Assembly: GCA_963924565.1 (NCBI GenBank)
Contig: OZ004611.1
Coordinates: 22,878,001-22,942,000 of the forward strand
Source of the DNA: Ascidiella aspersa
Lineage: Eukaryota
Reading direction: 5' to 3'
Length of the DNA: 64,000 bases
Part shown: positions 12,716 to 26,488 of the stretch, piece after piece
How the letters are laid out: each line of letters starts with the position of its first letter
How positions within the stretch are numbered: the stretch's first letter is position 1
The notes under the pieces: model-generated
Databases searched by the model: none
Seen by the model: the letters and a program-made list of their open reading frames with translations, nothing else
What the model was told of the DNA's origin: nothing
Position numbers and translations under genes: made by a program

Positions 12716-15700
12716 GTAATAGCTCAAGGTTGCTTTATTTGTAGGACTCTAACCCCAAAACAAAGATTCCCTGCCACAAAAAGCGTATTTTAACGAAAGT
12801 TGTTATGATTGGATGTCTGATAAATACATACCGCAGCCATTACAGAGCCTTGGCCGCCTTAGCCGGTTCATATACCTGTACAACAGCCGAACTGTAGTAA
12901 AATGTAAAAAAGGTTGGGAGTTGGAATCGACTTTAAACAAATAGTATTGCACATGCATATAATTTTATGCAACAAGATTACGACTCATATTGCAACTTAA
13001 TCTTTTTTTAGAATTCCACAAACAGCGTTTTTAAACCAAACTGTACCAATCAATGTACCAGATGTGTTTTTGTTTTAACGGCGAAGTTCTGTGAAACAGT
13101 TGTTGTCTTAGAAAACCAAAGTTTGTTAGGTAATCAACCTCCCCAAAGTCAAAGAGAAGCATTATAGCCTACTATTCCCAAAACGACAATAAAATACGAT
13201 AGACAACATTGAACGAAATGGCCTTTCTTCTAAATCTAAAATCCAAAGGTTCGGTATTCCCTGCAAATTACGCAAAGTCTCCAAATCTGGCTGTGCCTTA
13301 CAGTGTGGCCAATTCTATTAGCCTGTGGGCAACCGAAATACTTCCTGTCCCACCATTATCAACGCCTCAAACGATAAAATCACTGGTCTGTATAGTCACT
13401 ACTTATTATCAGACCAAAGGTTTACAGCTGCAAACTTACAGCAACAATGGGCAAATGCACCACGACTACGTCGGTTAACTGATAAGGTCACTGGTTGCAA
13501 TCACTGCTGCCTTGCCTCGCGTAATCACCATATGCGGTGTAATTCTTGTTTTTACCGCCGAACTGACACGGTTCATTTAGTTCGACCAACGACTGTAATA
13601 AACTGGAAACAGCAGCTGTTTAGTTCAATTTCTGTTTTAGCGGGATAAAGTCCGTGACTGAATTGACCTAGTTATCAGAAAAAATCCATGCTCTAACAAC
13701 AGCAGCACATGGCATCACAGTATGCGTCTATCAAAGGCCCTATTGAATTACATAGCACGAGGTTTGAGGGTGCTGTGTAGACTCAGACTGCGTAAGCTTT
13801 AGTGAATTGCTCGCTGACAAAAGCTACAATGCAAACTAAATCAGTAAGACTAAGGTCTTCGATCGGGTTGACCAGTTGTACCTATAGATGCCAGCTCCTT
13901 TGAGCCTAATAGTCGTGAGCGCTTTGTAATGATACAAATAGCAGCAAACTTCCGTTGTTGTGTTGATTAATTATAGGCTAATGATATGCCGGGTGCGTCT
14001 GTTTTTAATGCTATATTAGCTGGTTCGAAATGCACCACTATAGTTTAAAGTGCCAAATTGAGGCAGGGTAACTATAACACTGTCTGCTTAACAATACAAG
14101 TTCCTTCTATTGTATACTTTGCTTGCTGCATATTCATAGCTTAAAATATTTACTCACCCTTTACAAAAATTAGCTTTAGTGACAACAGTCACGCACAATT
14201 GCTTGTTAAATTTCGATCTAGATTTAAGCGCATGCCCTGAGGCAGAACAAATTCAGCAGCAGTATGTATACCAATTACCAAAATGTACAGTAATAAAACT
14301 AATAACAAAATCGTTATTGCCTTACGTTAGACAATCACTAAGCAGTAATTAGTCAAGCCATGTACCATTGTTTGATTTTCTTTTAACAAAGAGAACTGCC
14401 TCTTTTAGCGTTCCATTAGATTCTAGAATACATGACCTGCAAATACGGTTGTTAATGGACGTTAATCTTTACGTTTTAACTTCTTATAACTTGTTGCACT
14501 TACCTAGAGCCCTACAAAGAGAGCACTTTGTATAAGACCTGACACTTAAACTAAAACTGGCTATTAAAGCAACGCAATAAATAATATATTTTTGTGAGCA
14601 AAACTATAACGCTACCTAGCGGCATGAAATATATCGGTATACCGGTATCTAGTTTAAATTGCTGTGGATGCAGTTTTTTTATTCGGCGTAGCCGTAAGAA
14701 TCACAGCAGGGCGACTTGGTCCGGAAAAAAACACGAAAAGCGCATAAGCATTGTTGCTTACCCAGGTAATAAAAACATTTTAACTATTTAAATATTTATT
14801 GTATTGTAACTAAAAATTTTCCCTTTAATTGATGTGCTATTTTGGTTGGTTTCTAACCTATTTGCGTACACTGGATATGATGGTAAACATTGCAGCACAT
14901 TTATTGTTTCTTTTCTTAGCTTTCGTCAATTGACTTGTTTTTAACTCTTGGGTCCAGACTAGATAACAAACAGGCGACGTACTAATACAATTAATATTTT
15001 GAACATATTTTGTTAGAACCACTATGCTAAGCAGGTTGCAAGGTTACATTTGACATGTGTCTAGTATAGGGGGCCTAAGCAAAACAAAGCAATACCATTT
15101 TCTACCAACAGTTAATCCACTTGAAGCTAAAAATAATGCCCCGTGGAGCCCACAATATTAAAACAGGGGCAAAATTTGTTCACGAAAGCCCTGGCGGCGG
15201 CCATTAGTTGGATTTATACTGGACTCATACTTTATAAACCTTCTTTTTTTAAATTGGTCAGTAACATAAGCTTTTAGCAGCAATCCGACTAAATCTATTT
15301 TGCGTTTTTATTTCGTTTTAGGGGTTAATGTGTTATTTAAACAATGAAAAGATATTTCCCCCCGAAAAAATGTGAATTAAAAAACGCTTTGGCGCCTTCT
15401 CCTTGAATGTATATTAAGACATTAAGACTCTATTTTTTTGGAAAGTAAAAGTGTTTTATGACGTCATCTCTAACAAATTAATACCAGCCATGTGAAGACA
15501 CGAACATAAGTTTTCCTTGGGGATTCGCGTATATATTTAACAACCGCTGGTCTAGGTCACTTTAACGCAAAGTGCAAAATCTATTGAATTTGCGCAAATT
15601 GCGAGGGGGCGTGACCCAACAAGTTCCAGTACACCTGATCTAAATGTTTTGAATATTTAGTGTTGTATTGCATGTGATTAGGTAAATTGTTGACCCAAGC

Positions 15701-16401
15701 AAAACTCAGATTAAGCTTTGCAGCACTTAGAATTACACTTTAACTTACTTTACAAAAATGTAAAGGTTATTGGGGCAGATCGTAATGGGAAACATTCCAC
15801 GAACTTAAATTAGGTAGCTTTTTATTGCGTGTTTGTCATTAGCTGCTCTGGAAGAATGCCTTCGTGTACCTGTCACCGCAACTATTTATTCAAGTTTAGA
15901 AATACGAATCAAACCAAAAGTGATGTACGATAGAATGGCAAGGTCCCAAACTGTTATTAAATTTCAAACAATATTAGTAAAGATAAAATACCGCCACCAA
16001 AAGCTTTATTAAAAATGCATCTATTGCTGTCAAGCAGTTACACATTCGTAAACGATAACAATTACGCAGCTGTTACAATAAAATTTCTCTTTAAAATGAG
16101 TAGCGTACACTTAAAAGTTTCTATACTAGTAGAAAAAATTTGAGTTAGCTTTATATTGAGATTTGTAATTGACGTTTTTATGTTGTGGCATCAATAATCA
16201 AATACCTGACTGTTAATTTTAATTCTATCAAAAAAATAACAAAATTGTTCAAACATGCATAAAATTCCATGCAAGACGAACACAATTATGACTAAATTAT
16301 ATTTTACGGTTAGAAGCCGCAAAGTCAGCTGCAATTCATCGTACGAGAAAGCGGGTATTTGCACGTGAAATTTTTCGGAACCACCTTCGTTGTGCTAAGC
16401 T

Positions 16402-19400
16402 TCAACCGTTAAAGGGGCAGCTCAAAGGCACGACACAGCTTCCGAACTGGTCCAAAAGCTTGTTATCCTTGCAGACACACTGGTGGGTGCACGATTGTCG
16501 GTGGCACGGCGCTTGGCTGATGGAAGTCATGCCGCTTCGGTTGGAAGGACAGCTCGGTACACATTTCACGCAGCGGCACATCTGGTCCGGGTTGCAGTGT
16601 GCTTGGAAAAATAGGAGAAATGTTAGGGCCCAATGCATTGGTGTGATTCAGCCGGTTCGCACCGGTTCTGTAGAACCGTTTCGCGAAATTTTATGAATTC
16701 AGCGAACCGGTTAGCATTGCTCGTTACTGTCCATGGATTTTTGCATCTTAGCTGATCAAAATAGCTCACGTGTTTTTCCAAATGTGGATGTTCTCTATGT
16801 TTATTGATCAAGTGCTAAATGTACACCAGATGGTTATAAAATGTATAGCTAATTTCATCCAGAAACAACATTTACCATGTTGTACAGCAGTAGTCGGCAA
16901 AATGTGGGCCGCAGAGCCATTTTTAGTGGGCCGCAGGTTGCTTTTGAATAGCTTGGTGTTATCACGTAGTTGTGGGTCGCGTGATAGCCGTACATTTTTT
17001 GTATTTTATTTTAGAAATTGGTGTGGCATATAATTTTTTTAAATTTCTCAGCTTGGAAAGGCCCACGTGCCAAATGTGGTCTTGAGAGAATGGCAAACTA
17101 TACTTTTACCAACTTTAACTCTATGTAAACGCAAAAATTTTCTCGCTTCGCGCATATATTTTTCTTTTGTATTATGTTTTTGACATTATGGCATGGCAGT
17201 TTAATGGCACTGAGAACAGTACTTTGGACACTGTTGTGCAGGCTAATTTGAATGGTGAAAAACGGATAGTTTCATCATTTAGCTTTAATTTACTTAACTT
17301 TTCATTTTTGTTATTTCTATTATTCCCTTGTATGACACCGTGTTAATGTAGCCTATATGCCCGCTGCTCAGTTTATTTGCCGAAAAATATGACTTTAGTA
17401 ACAGAAGCGGCTGGAAAATATGACTTTTGTGATAGAAACCGCTGACAAAAACATTGAATCCCACTACTGGCCCAGTGGTTCTCAACCAGGGTGCCGCGGC
17501 ACGCTTTGGGGCGCCATTTCGAATGCCCAAGGGGGACGAGAGATATTTGAAAATCTTTAAAAATCTGATCACTGCTCAAATTTTACAACTTTTTTTGTAA
17601 GATAAAGATGGAATAAATTTAATTAAAACTTTTTACGTTATTTAGAGTGCTGTTCCAGTTCCGCTTATTGTAAAATTTTCTGAACTAGCCTAACTACGGG
17701 AAAAAAGTCTTGTAGAGGTGCCGCAAGATATTTATTATTTCTGAGGGATGCCGCAAGCCATAAAAGGTTGAGAACCACTGGGCTAGGCCGTTGCAGCTTT
17801 GTTTGCGGGAGCACAGCAATTCCACAAGGTTAGGTTTAACTATATATTGGATAATCTATATTGTTTTTATTTACGGGAGCTTTATTAATGTACGCGGTAC
17901 AACGTTATGATATGTAATATAATGAAAAATGAGTTTTTTTCAAGTCACGGAATTAGGCAATTGTGCCTCATGTACAGTATGTGTTGTATATTGTTCTATA
18001 TTGGTATGATACAAACGGATGACAAAAACGGATAATAATTTGGAATCAAACAATAATATGGCTATTCTATATTGTTTTTATTTCCGGGCGCTTTGATAAT
18101 GTCCGCTGACTATGCAACGTTACGATAAGCATTATGATAAAAAATGTTTTTTTTTTCAAGTTATAAATTAGGGAATTAGGCAATTGAGCCTCACTTATGT
18201 GTATATTATTCTATATTGGTACGATATAAAATGATAACTAAATCCGATAAAAATTTTGGAACAAATAATAATACCGACATTGGATCAACGTAAATGAAAC
18301 TACATTCGGAATTAGGCTAACATTAGACTGACAACGCTAGGTGGCAATGGGAACTACAACGAAATAAGACGTAAACCGCCAGGTAAAGATTCAAACAACC
18401 TCCCAAACTATAATCCACCTTCCTGGCAAATTTGTCAATTACAACCCAAACTGTAACCCAACCACTGACCATTGCAAACTCCTACCAAGGGCAAACAGTT
18501 CACTTACGGTTATGATGGCACTGGCTCGGGATGACGCACTTCGTGTGCTGTTTGTCCCAAACCTTTCCGACCGGACAGGCACATCCCGCTTTGCATTCGT
18601 TTGGGCTCGCGCAGTAATGGATGTGGAAGCCTGTTTGGATGTGGGTGCCGCAGTCAAAGTCTTCGCAGCCGCGCTTGCACGGCATACATTTGTGGTACAC
18701 CATCCCGTCGGAACAGCCTGTCGATATAGAAGAGATCGAAAAATAACAGAGGTGCTTTTTGGCTGTTTGAAACCGATCCGAAAAAACAGAACAGATATTT
18801 CGACCCGATTGACCACAATATTTATATAAGCCAGGGGTTCTTAAACCTTTTTTTTACTGCGGACCCCTAATTTTTTTTTGGATTTGCATGGACCACGGTA
18901 TAGGCAAGGAATTTCCAAAAATGACGTCACAATACAAATAGACTTTATAAATCTGCTGATTTCGGTTCCAAAAACGTGAAAGTGAGACGGAGTCTTACTA
19001 CATTCAGTACGAAATGTTTTTTTAATTAAACTTTTTTCCTTAAAAAATTGATTACTTCTTAGAAATACACTAATAATTTAACTAAGCCTCTATGAGCCCC
19101 TAAAACTACCTCACGGACCACCAAAGGGTCCATGGAAATAGTTTAAGAACCGCTGATATAAGCGAATTGTCTTACTATAATTATACCCCTCAGGTGTCTT
19201 TCGCGAACCATGCAATTATAACGTAATCTAACTACACGACAAGGTAGTGCAGGTAAACACCATACTCTTATCAGCTATCGAATCCTAATAGATAGTAAAT
19301 TTCAAGTCTACACGTCTATTTACAATGCAAATAGGTTATTTTGCCTAATAACAAAACGTTCCGTGGCACGCTTGTGGACGTTTTACAGTGCTAGGATCAC

Positions 19401-21192
19401 TGGCCCACATACTGTATATCTAAACGTGGCTCTTTTCAGGGCAGGATTATTCGCTCTTGGCGCCCTAAGCATTTGGTGCCCTAAATTCATTACTATAGCC
19501 CATAACATTTAGTTTCCCTCTGCAGATACAAGTAATTCAAAATATAAATGGACGTATTATAAAATATAATTTGATTTTTTTAATAACTTTGTAATTAAAA
19601 TAACTTTGCATATTGTTTGGCGCAGAAAAAAATATCTTAAAAAAATAGTTAGGGTAAAATAAACCATTGTAAATCCCAAAACAATTTTTTTGTTATAACC
19701 GCCTTCCCATATGATAACCGTATATAACTCTCGCATGCATGCACGCATCGATTTTTGTCATATTTTTTTATACTTTTTTGTTAAAATATTGTCATCTTGG
19801 GTACACTATGCACGGATCTGTAATATAGCCTAGCTTGATATTAAATTGCAAAGCCAAAAGGTCGAGTAGATCGACATCATCTTAATTAGGACGTTTCAAA
19901 ACGAGCTTGTATCATCTTCAGTTAATTTGTGTGTGATTGTCATTCTTATAGCCTTAAAAGATAGCCTAAACATCAAAAATGGCTTACTGTGGTGACATTG
20001 AGTTTTGCTGACGCAGTTGCTGTGGACGTCACTCCAGTAAAGACCTTCAGGGCAGGTGCAGCCTGCCACACACGGAGTGACCGGGTCACTTCTGACAGGC
20101 GAGGAAACGATTTGAATAGGGTCGGAGTGACCACTCGGCTTGTTGCTTGGAGATGAGTGAGAATGGCTACTGGGATTGGTGTCTTGACGCGAGTGAGAAT
20201 GGCTGCTGGGGTCGGTATCTTGATGCGAGTGAGAATGGCTGCTGGGGTTAGTGTTTTGATGTGGGTGTGGGTGAGAATGGTCATCCGGTTGATTGCCTTG
20301 CGAGCGAGTGGGGCCATACGGAAGACGATAGGGATATCGTCTCCGTGGAAGGTATGGCCTTCGTGGTGTAAGGAGCCAGTAGAATCCAAGTAATCGCAAC
20401 AATCTCGGGTCTAGTATGGGAGTGTTTGGCACAGGTTCAGGCATAGGGTTTTGAGCTTGGCGTTTCGCCCTAGTCGGCGGCACATTGGCAGCTCTGGAAG
20501 CCTGGTTAGCCACATCTTCGCACTTCATCTGCATTTTGATACAGTCGCTGAACACTTGGTTTCCTTTGCATTCTGAAACGAGGGCAACAGGTTGCAAAGG
20601 AACTTTCAAGCTAGCATTGTAAGGCTGGTCAGTATTTAGAAATATTAGAAGAAATGGCCTGTATGTTTTAGACTGCTTAAACTCCCGTATTTTGAAAATA
20701 TCTATCGGGGCTTTACCAGAATTAAACCGAAATGTCTAAAATCGATAGTAAAATAAAATAAGATGTAACATTTTTTCCCAGTTGTGACAAAATTAATACC
20801 ACTTTTAACTTAATAATTTTATAAAACACTATCGGTTTTAATATATGTTACCGGTCGTTTGAAATGTCACTTTAATAAAAAAGATTTACTCAAAATGGGG
20901 TAATTTTAAGCATAGAATATAATTTTTCTTAAATAGCAATGTAATTAAGCAACCATAAGGCGGCAAAACACTTGTAAATCAGCTCAGTTTGTGCACTAAG
21001 TCATATAATTATATTCGCAGTATGGTTGGAAACGGTCATGCGATGTATTATTCTACAGTAATTACAGTAAAACTTTAAGCTTTGGAAATATAAGCACAAC
21101 ATAATTCACACGGAAAACAAATTACCTTCATGAGCGAGGTTCCGTTGTGCAAGCGTGACCAGCAACAGGCAACAAAAAAATAATTTTATCAT
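16402..21192 (-). CDS. Split-TIL gene A: secreted 353-aa protein with one furin-site-interrupted TIL domain and two further TIL domains (exons 21192-21126, 20572-19988, 18717-18508, 16601-16402)
   Basis: Signal exon MIKLFFCCLLLVTLAQRNLAHE; all introns GT-AG phase 1. Exon 2 reads C-x8-C-x6-C...RAKR...CVAGCTCPEGLYW...CVSKTQC. Exons 3 and 4 each carry a TIL-like Cys pattern. Joining exons 3-4 to exons 1-2 is inferred from phase compatibility. Confidence 0.8.
17473..17780. mobile_element. hAT-type MITE; related copies at ~23232-23461 and ~51549-51838
   Basis: Perfect 15-bp TIRs CAGTGGTTCTCAACC / GGTTGAGAACCACTG and GGTGCCGC subterminal motifs shared among the copies. Confidence 0.75.
17855..18270. 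repeat. Diverged ~210-bp tandem duplication in a gene A intron
   Basis: TCTATATTGTTTTTATTT...GGAATTAGGCAATTG..CCTCA...TTCTATATTGGTA occurs twice in tandem. Confidence 0.7.
18832..19155. mobile_element. hAT-type MITE; same family in opposite orientation at 27755-28020
   Basis: TIRs CAGGGGTTCTTAAAC / GTTTAAGAACCGCTG; perfect TSD ATATAAGC. Confidence 0.8.
20158..20285 (-). repeat. 36-bp coding tandem repeat (HSHSHQDTNPSS-like, ~3.5 copies) in gene A
   Basis: GAGTGAGAATGGCT(G/A)CTGGG recurs at 36-bp spacing. Confidence 0.85.
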
Positions 21193-24100
21193 TATGCTTT
21201 TAAACGCCGCTAATCAAAGTAAATCAGTGGTAGGACGTTATACAGAACGACAAAAAAAAACAGTTTCGTGTATTATTGTGAGCAAAGTACACTCGCTTTA
21301 TAGCAGGGCTAGATGGGGGGTTGTCTATGAAGGGAATTACCGTTTTTCAATTTAGTTTAACCCAAATCTGATTTTTGAAATTTACTATAATAGTTATATG
21401 TATAAGCTTAGTTTTGCAAAATAATTAATTAGGATAAGCTTTAAAAACCGTCCGTAAGTTTGATGATTATTGCAACATTTTTATGACTAAACATGTTAGA
21501 AACCTCTATACTTGTTGTAATATGCGACACTTCACAGGTTATTCCGATACTGATCCCCGATACTTTTCGAAAAAACTACTGCGGTCATATATAATACCTA
21601 ATGACGTTATAAATATGCCCAAACAAGCTAAATGGATTAAACTACGTTTACATGTCATTAGGCCTTCAATCCTCAAACGTCAGCAAGTTTTATTTACCCC
21701 TTATTATTTAACACATTTTTTTGAGAAATTTAGTTTTTAAGGTAGAAATCGCTGCCCTGGATCGCAAATTTTGGAATTTCTATATCAATTTGGTAACAAA
21801 TCGACAACGATTCCACTTTAGTATCGGACGAGTACCGATACTACTACTACAAATATCTTATTCAATCCGATCCAATTTTGCTGGACATGCCGGACATGCC
21901 CAATACTAGCAATGGGAGTGGCCCAGGTTGGTACGCGTAAGTGTTGTTGAAATGAACTGCACGAAACCACCCGTTTATACTTGCGACTCAACTTATAGAA
22001 CATTCGTATAGATTTAATAAATCTCTTTAAGGTTATTTTATACCAAATGCTTTTTTTGGCTTGTAGATCAATTAAAATTAACCGTTTTCTACGACAAAAC
22101 CAACGACAAACAAAGTAGGTATCGAAGGAAAACAACGAACCTCCAATATACGCTCCAGAACGCTTAATTGTAAGACTTAATTATTACCAAGTTTGATAAG
22201 GGCTGAGGCGCATCAACATATAACCATCCTATAGCCTATATGCAGCGCATTTTCCGAAAAAGCCACTCGTTTTCCGAGAGATCTGTATTGCCTCAAGTAA
22301 GCTTTTTTTGTTTCTTCTGTAACAAGACTTACCCTCAAGAGGCAGGTACACATGAGCTCCCAGAATCGACTTGCACGGACTGGTGCTGCCCGGGGCTATA
22401 GGAGCCTAGAACCTGGCGCACATTGTAAAATTACGTAAAAGGGCATGTGTAATAGCGAATACAATCACGGCAAGACCCTGTAATAATTAACAACCGAAGC
22501 TCATTTAAACGCGCGTTTTTTAACAAAACTTTAGGCAAAAATTTTTTTGCAAGACTACACAACAAGTGATTCTTCGACAAAATTATAAGCTAATAGATTT
22601 TTTATATTAGTAAACCTATATGCTAAACATGAGAGTTGATTAAAGACATGCATGTAGAGTCGGAGGACGCCTTAGGCCTTTTAGTTAGTTCGGTTCAACA
22701 CAATTATAGCGTGTGTTTACGCTGTCGGCTCGTGAATTGCGCGAGAAATAGCTTTTCTCTGAACCAGATTAACTTGTTTTTGGCCGCAACCTAATTGCAC
22801 CAGGAAAATTCGCGCCGGGTAGATTTCGTTTAGGCTGATTGTCCGGAAACCTGTCCAGGGTCTCCAACACTTGCACTGATCGCTTTATGATGAGCAATTG
22901 TGCAAATGCGCCGCAACGAAGCATTTGTGCAGTCAAAACATGTTTCTCGCGTGCTTGCAACACGCAGTTTCAAATAAAAAATCATCACATTTTTTCGGAC
23001 CAATTTTAACAGTAAACCCGGTAAATAGTTTTGTACTATTGGTAAAATGTTATGCTAACGTGCACGGCAAAGTCTTTTTGTCGCGGCCCAAAGTACTCTT
23101 TTCAGACCTATTGAAGGCCCACTACGTAAAACCAGTACTAAAACAGTGGCGCATTCAGGATATTTGTGTTTAAGGTAAAACATTACACGGCGCCTTAATG
23201 CCCAAAACACTGTCATGCCCATAATGTAAAACAGCGGTTCGTAACTGGGGTGCCCCGGCGCCCTGGCGTGCTAATTCTAATGTTTAAAACGTGCCGATAG
23301 GTATTTGACAATCTTCAAGAATCTGATTTTTGCTCAATTGGTAAGCTTCTTGATAGAGCTATTTGTGTACGATTGGAGAACGAAAATTCCAATCGGGGTG
23401 CTCAAAATCTATTAATTATTTTTGAGAGGTGCCGTAAGCCATAAAAGGTTGATAATCACTGATATAAAACATATAACAAAAGTAAGGCTAAACGCGCCAA
23501 GCGCGAAACTTTTTGCGTTTACATATAATTAGAGTGGGCAAAAAATATAGTTCGAGAGGCTCTCAGGACCACATTTGACATGTATGAGTCTGAACCACGC
23601 TGAGACAATATAAACATTCTTAGCCACACGAAGTTTTGAAATAAATTGCAATCAAAATACGGCTCTCACGCGGTCCATAACTACATGATAACACTAAGTT
23701 ATTCAAAAGTAACTCGTGGCCTACTTAAAATGGCTCTGCGGCCCACAGTTTGCCGACCACTGTGCTAACTCGTCTAGTTTAGCAAGCAAACACTGTACCC
23801 CCAACGAAACTCATTAATATTTGTGTGTTTTCCTAAAGAAAACGTTCCCCGTTAGGTGGTTTCTAAATTCGTTGCAATTTTATTTATCCTAATCCAATTA
23901 AATAACTGAATTTAAAAATAGACTTAACATAAAGTTGGTAATAAATTTGTTCCTGTTACCTTTAAGTGTTGGCAAATCATGTGTTTTGTTTTTAGACTGT
24001 GTTTCAGGGGACAATATTTAACGCGATTGTAAGGCTTTGTATGACTTTTTGGCAATTTTGTTGTTGGAAACAAGCTGTAGCCTAATGCCAGAACTTGATG

Positions 24101-26488
24101 TGCATGTGTGTTTGCCTTGTCGTGCTGTCCAAAAAACGTCTTGTTTCAGCAAATAAATTTGAACCTCATCCCAGGCAGCTACTTTGGGGATCGCGTCCTG
24201 AACTACAGTCTGCGAAAATTAGGAGTTCGTCCGGGATTTTTGCAGGTGCGACTTAGGCAGACGACCTCTTCAAGATGTAGTGGAAATGGACCAGATATTA
24301 TAGGCAGGTCATGGGGCTCGCAGGTGATGACCTGGTAAAGCTCGTGTTACAGCAGCAGCAGGCCCAAAAACTCGAGAAACCAGCTGTATAACGTCACTAC
24401 CGGCACGCCCGTGAGGTAGCGACAGAAAGCTCAAAACGTGCGATAGCAGAGGTAGCTGTCGAATAAATTTGAAAGTTAAATTCGATCAACTTCATGTATG
24501 TATCCCCAACTGCTTTTTAAAATAGGTTAATGTCACTTAATGTCTTCGAATTTTCTGTTATATTAAATTTATATCTCGTTAAAATGTATACATCGCAAAC
24601 TTGTTTTAAGTGGGGTGAAGTGTTGAATGTAGTTTCTTTAAATTTTTGCTTTAAATTTGTTTTGTTGAAATTAGCGAATCGCAAGGATTGTTTTCAAGAG
24701 GGAATAAATGTCACAAATTTAATTATCGCAGCCTTTTGGTAGCGAACTATTGAGCGATGCGTTTGGTGTGCATTTGTGTTTGCCTTATTCTGACTGTCTT
24801 ACGTTTTCTCGAGAAAGTAAAGTCAATCCTTATCATCAGCAGCTATTTTTTGGAACATCGTGTCCGAACTGTAGTCTGCGAAAATGCCAACCAAGGTATG
24901 CAAAGCAAATCGAAAGGGTAAACATCGAGCTACTTTGCTTCCCTGAAAACCGTTTAAAACCATAAATAAACCCTGTAATATATAGGGCAAACGTTGTGCA
25001 AACTGATTTAACTTGATGCAACTTTTCTCCAGCCGAGTTGGTTTATAGGAATTCAACGCCGACTACAGTCTAAAAATAAAGTCGAGTCATACTCTGGCGA
25101 AATGTGCCGATTCCGCCAAGTCCCGAGTTCGGCTCAGACTCTACAGCAATCTACTTAGAAAGGTGACAAATAACTTATACATGGTTGGCAAATATTCCAC
25201 GATATGCTATTTTACTTTTTTAATTTTCAATTTATACTGCGCCAGCGCACTTTGGGCTCGGGACTCGGATAGTTTTACGTCGCTTTACTCGAGTCCGAGT
25301 TCAAATTCTCGAGTCCGAATTCGACTTCACAGCCCAGCTTATTGCTACCCGTCATGTTCTACGGGGATAAAAAAGTGTTTCTCGTTATTATCAAAAATTT
25401 ATGAGATTTTACTTCGTTTATATAGTTTTGACGTTCGAAAGATAAATATAGTTTATATAATTTAAACTTTATACGCGCGACAAGCGGGTGCCACACCCAG
25501 TTTAGGTAGCTGTGTATACCAAGGCACAAAAACATGCTTTACGAATTAGGTCTACAAAAAAGTATTTCCAAACCTTTTTTAATTCACCTAATAAATAATG
25601 CAATTAAATTAAAATGTTGTATGTAAACCATAGGTGAGACACATTATTTGCCATAACCACATGAACACATTTATTTTGCTTATTTAAAGGAACGACAAAT
25701 TTGGTTTATCGAAATACATGAAAATCCTTAGAGATGACGACACAAAGTTACGTCAAAAAACAGAAATATTAACAACACTGAGGTTATCGTTCGTTCATAT
25801 ACACAAATATGCATCTATGATCTTTAGAGTCTTATAGAGTCTATACTTATAGTCTGAATAAAAATGGGGATTGGCGACAAACCATTTGTGCAAAAGTTGA
25901 TTTATGCGGTATAAATTGGCAAAAAGAGAAGCAATGCGCTGGACACCCAAAAAGCATATTCCGCTATAGGCTATTGTTGAAATATCGAAATTTGTTTGAC
26001 CAATCTTTTATTAATAAAAATTGCAGCCATGGCTGTATGACTACGGAAAGCCACGCGAAAAGTTAGCTAAGCGTGAAAAAAATTCGCGCCATTATGTTTG
26101 TGCAGTTGTGATTGAAAAAGGCAAACAATATAGTTTGTTGACGAAGTGTCGTGATAAACAACTTTTTTTAAGGCTCTTATTCTAGGTCTTTTTCAGAATG
26201 CCGTTTGGGAGCGTTTCGGCATCAGTGGTTTTAAAAAAACATCAGAATTGTACATATAAAGCAAATAAAAGTTAGTAAACATAATAGGGATTATATGCGT
26301 ATAGTCTAATTTTTACAAGGTTCCAATTTAAATACTGTAGAAAATTAGTTCCAAATTTTCCATTAAGCGATAAACGAAAGTATTCTGATGAGAACCTAAT
26401 AGATTCGGTTAACTGCGGAATTTAGAAATAAGGATGTTACAATTGTCCAAGTTAAATCAGCAATGTCGGGCTCGGTTAAGTGCAGGGT

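Noticed and set aside
22332-22425. GC-rich exon-like stretch ending in GTAAG upstream of gene A
   Set aside because: No AG acceptor, an in-frame stop in the Cys-containing frame, and no TIL pattern.
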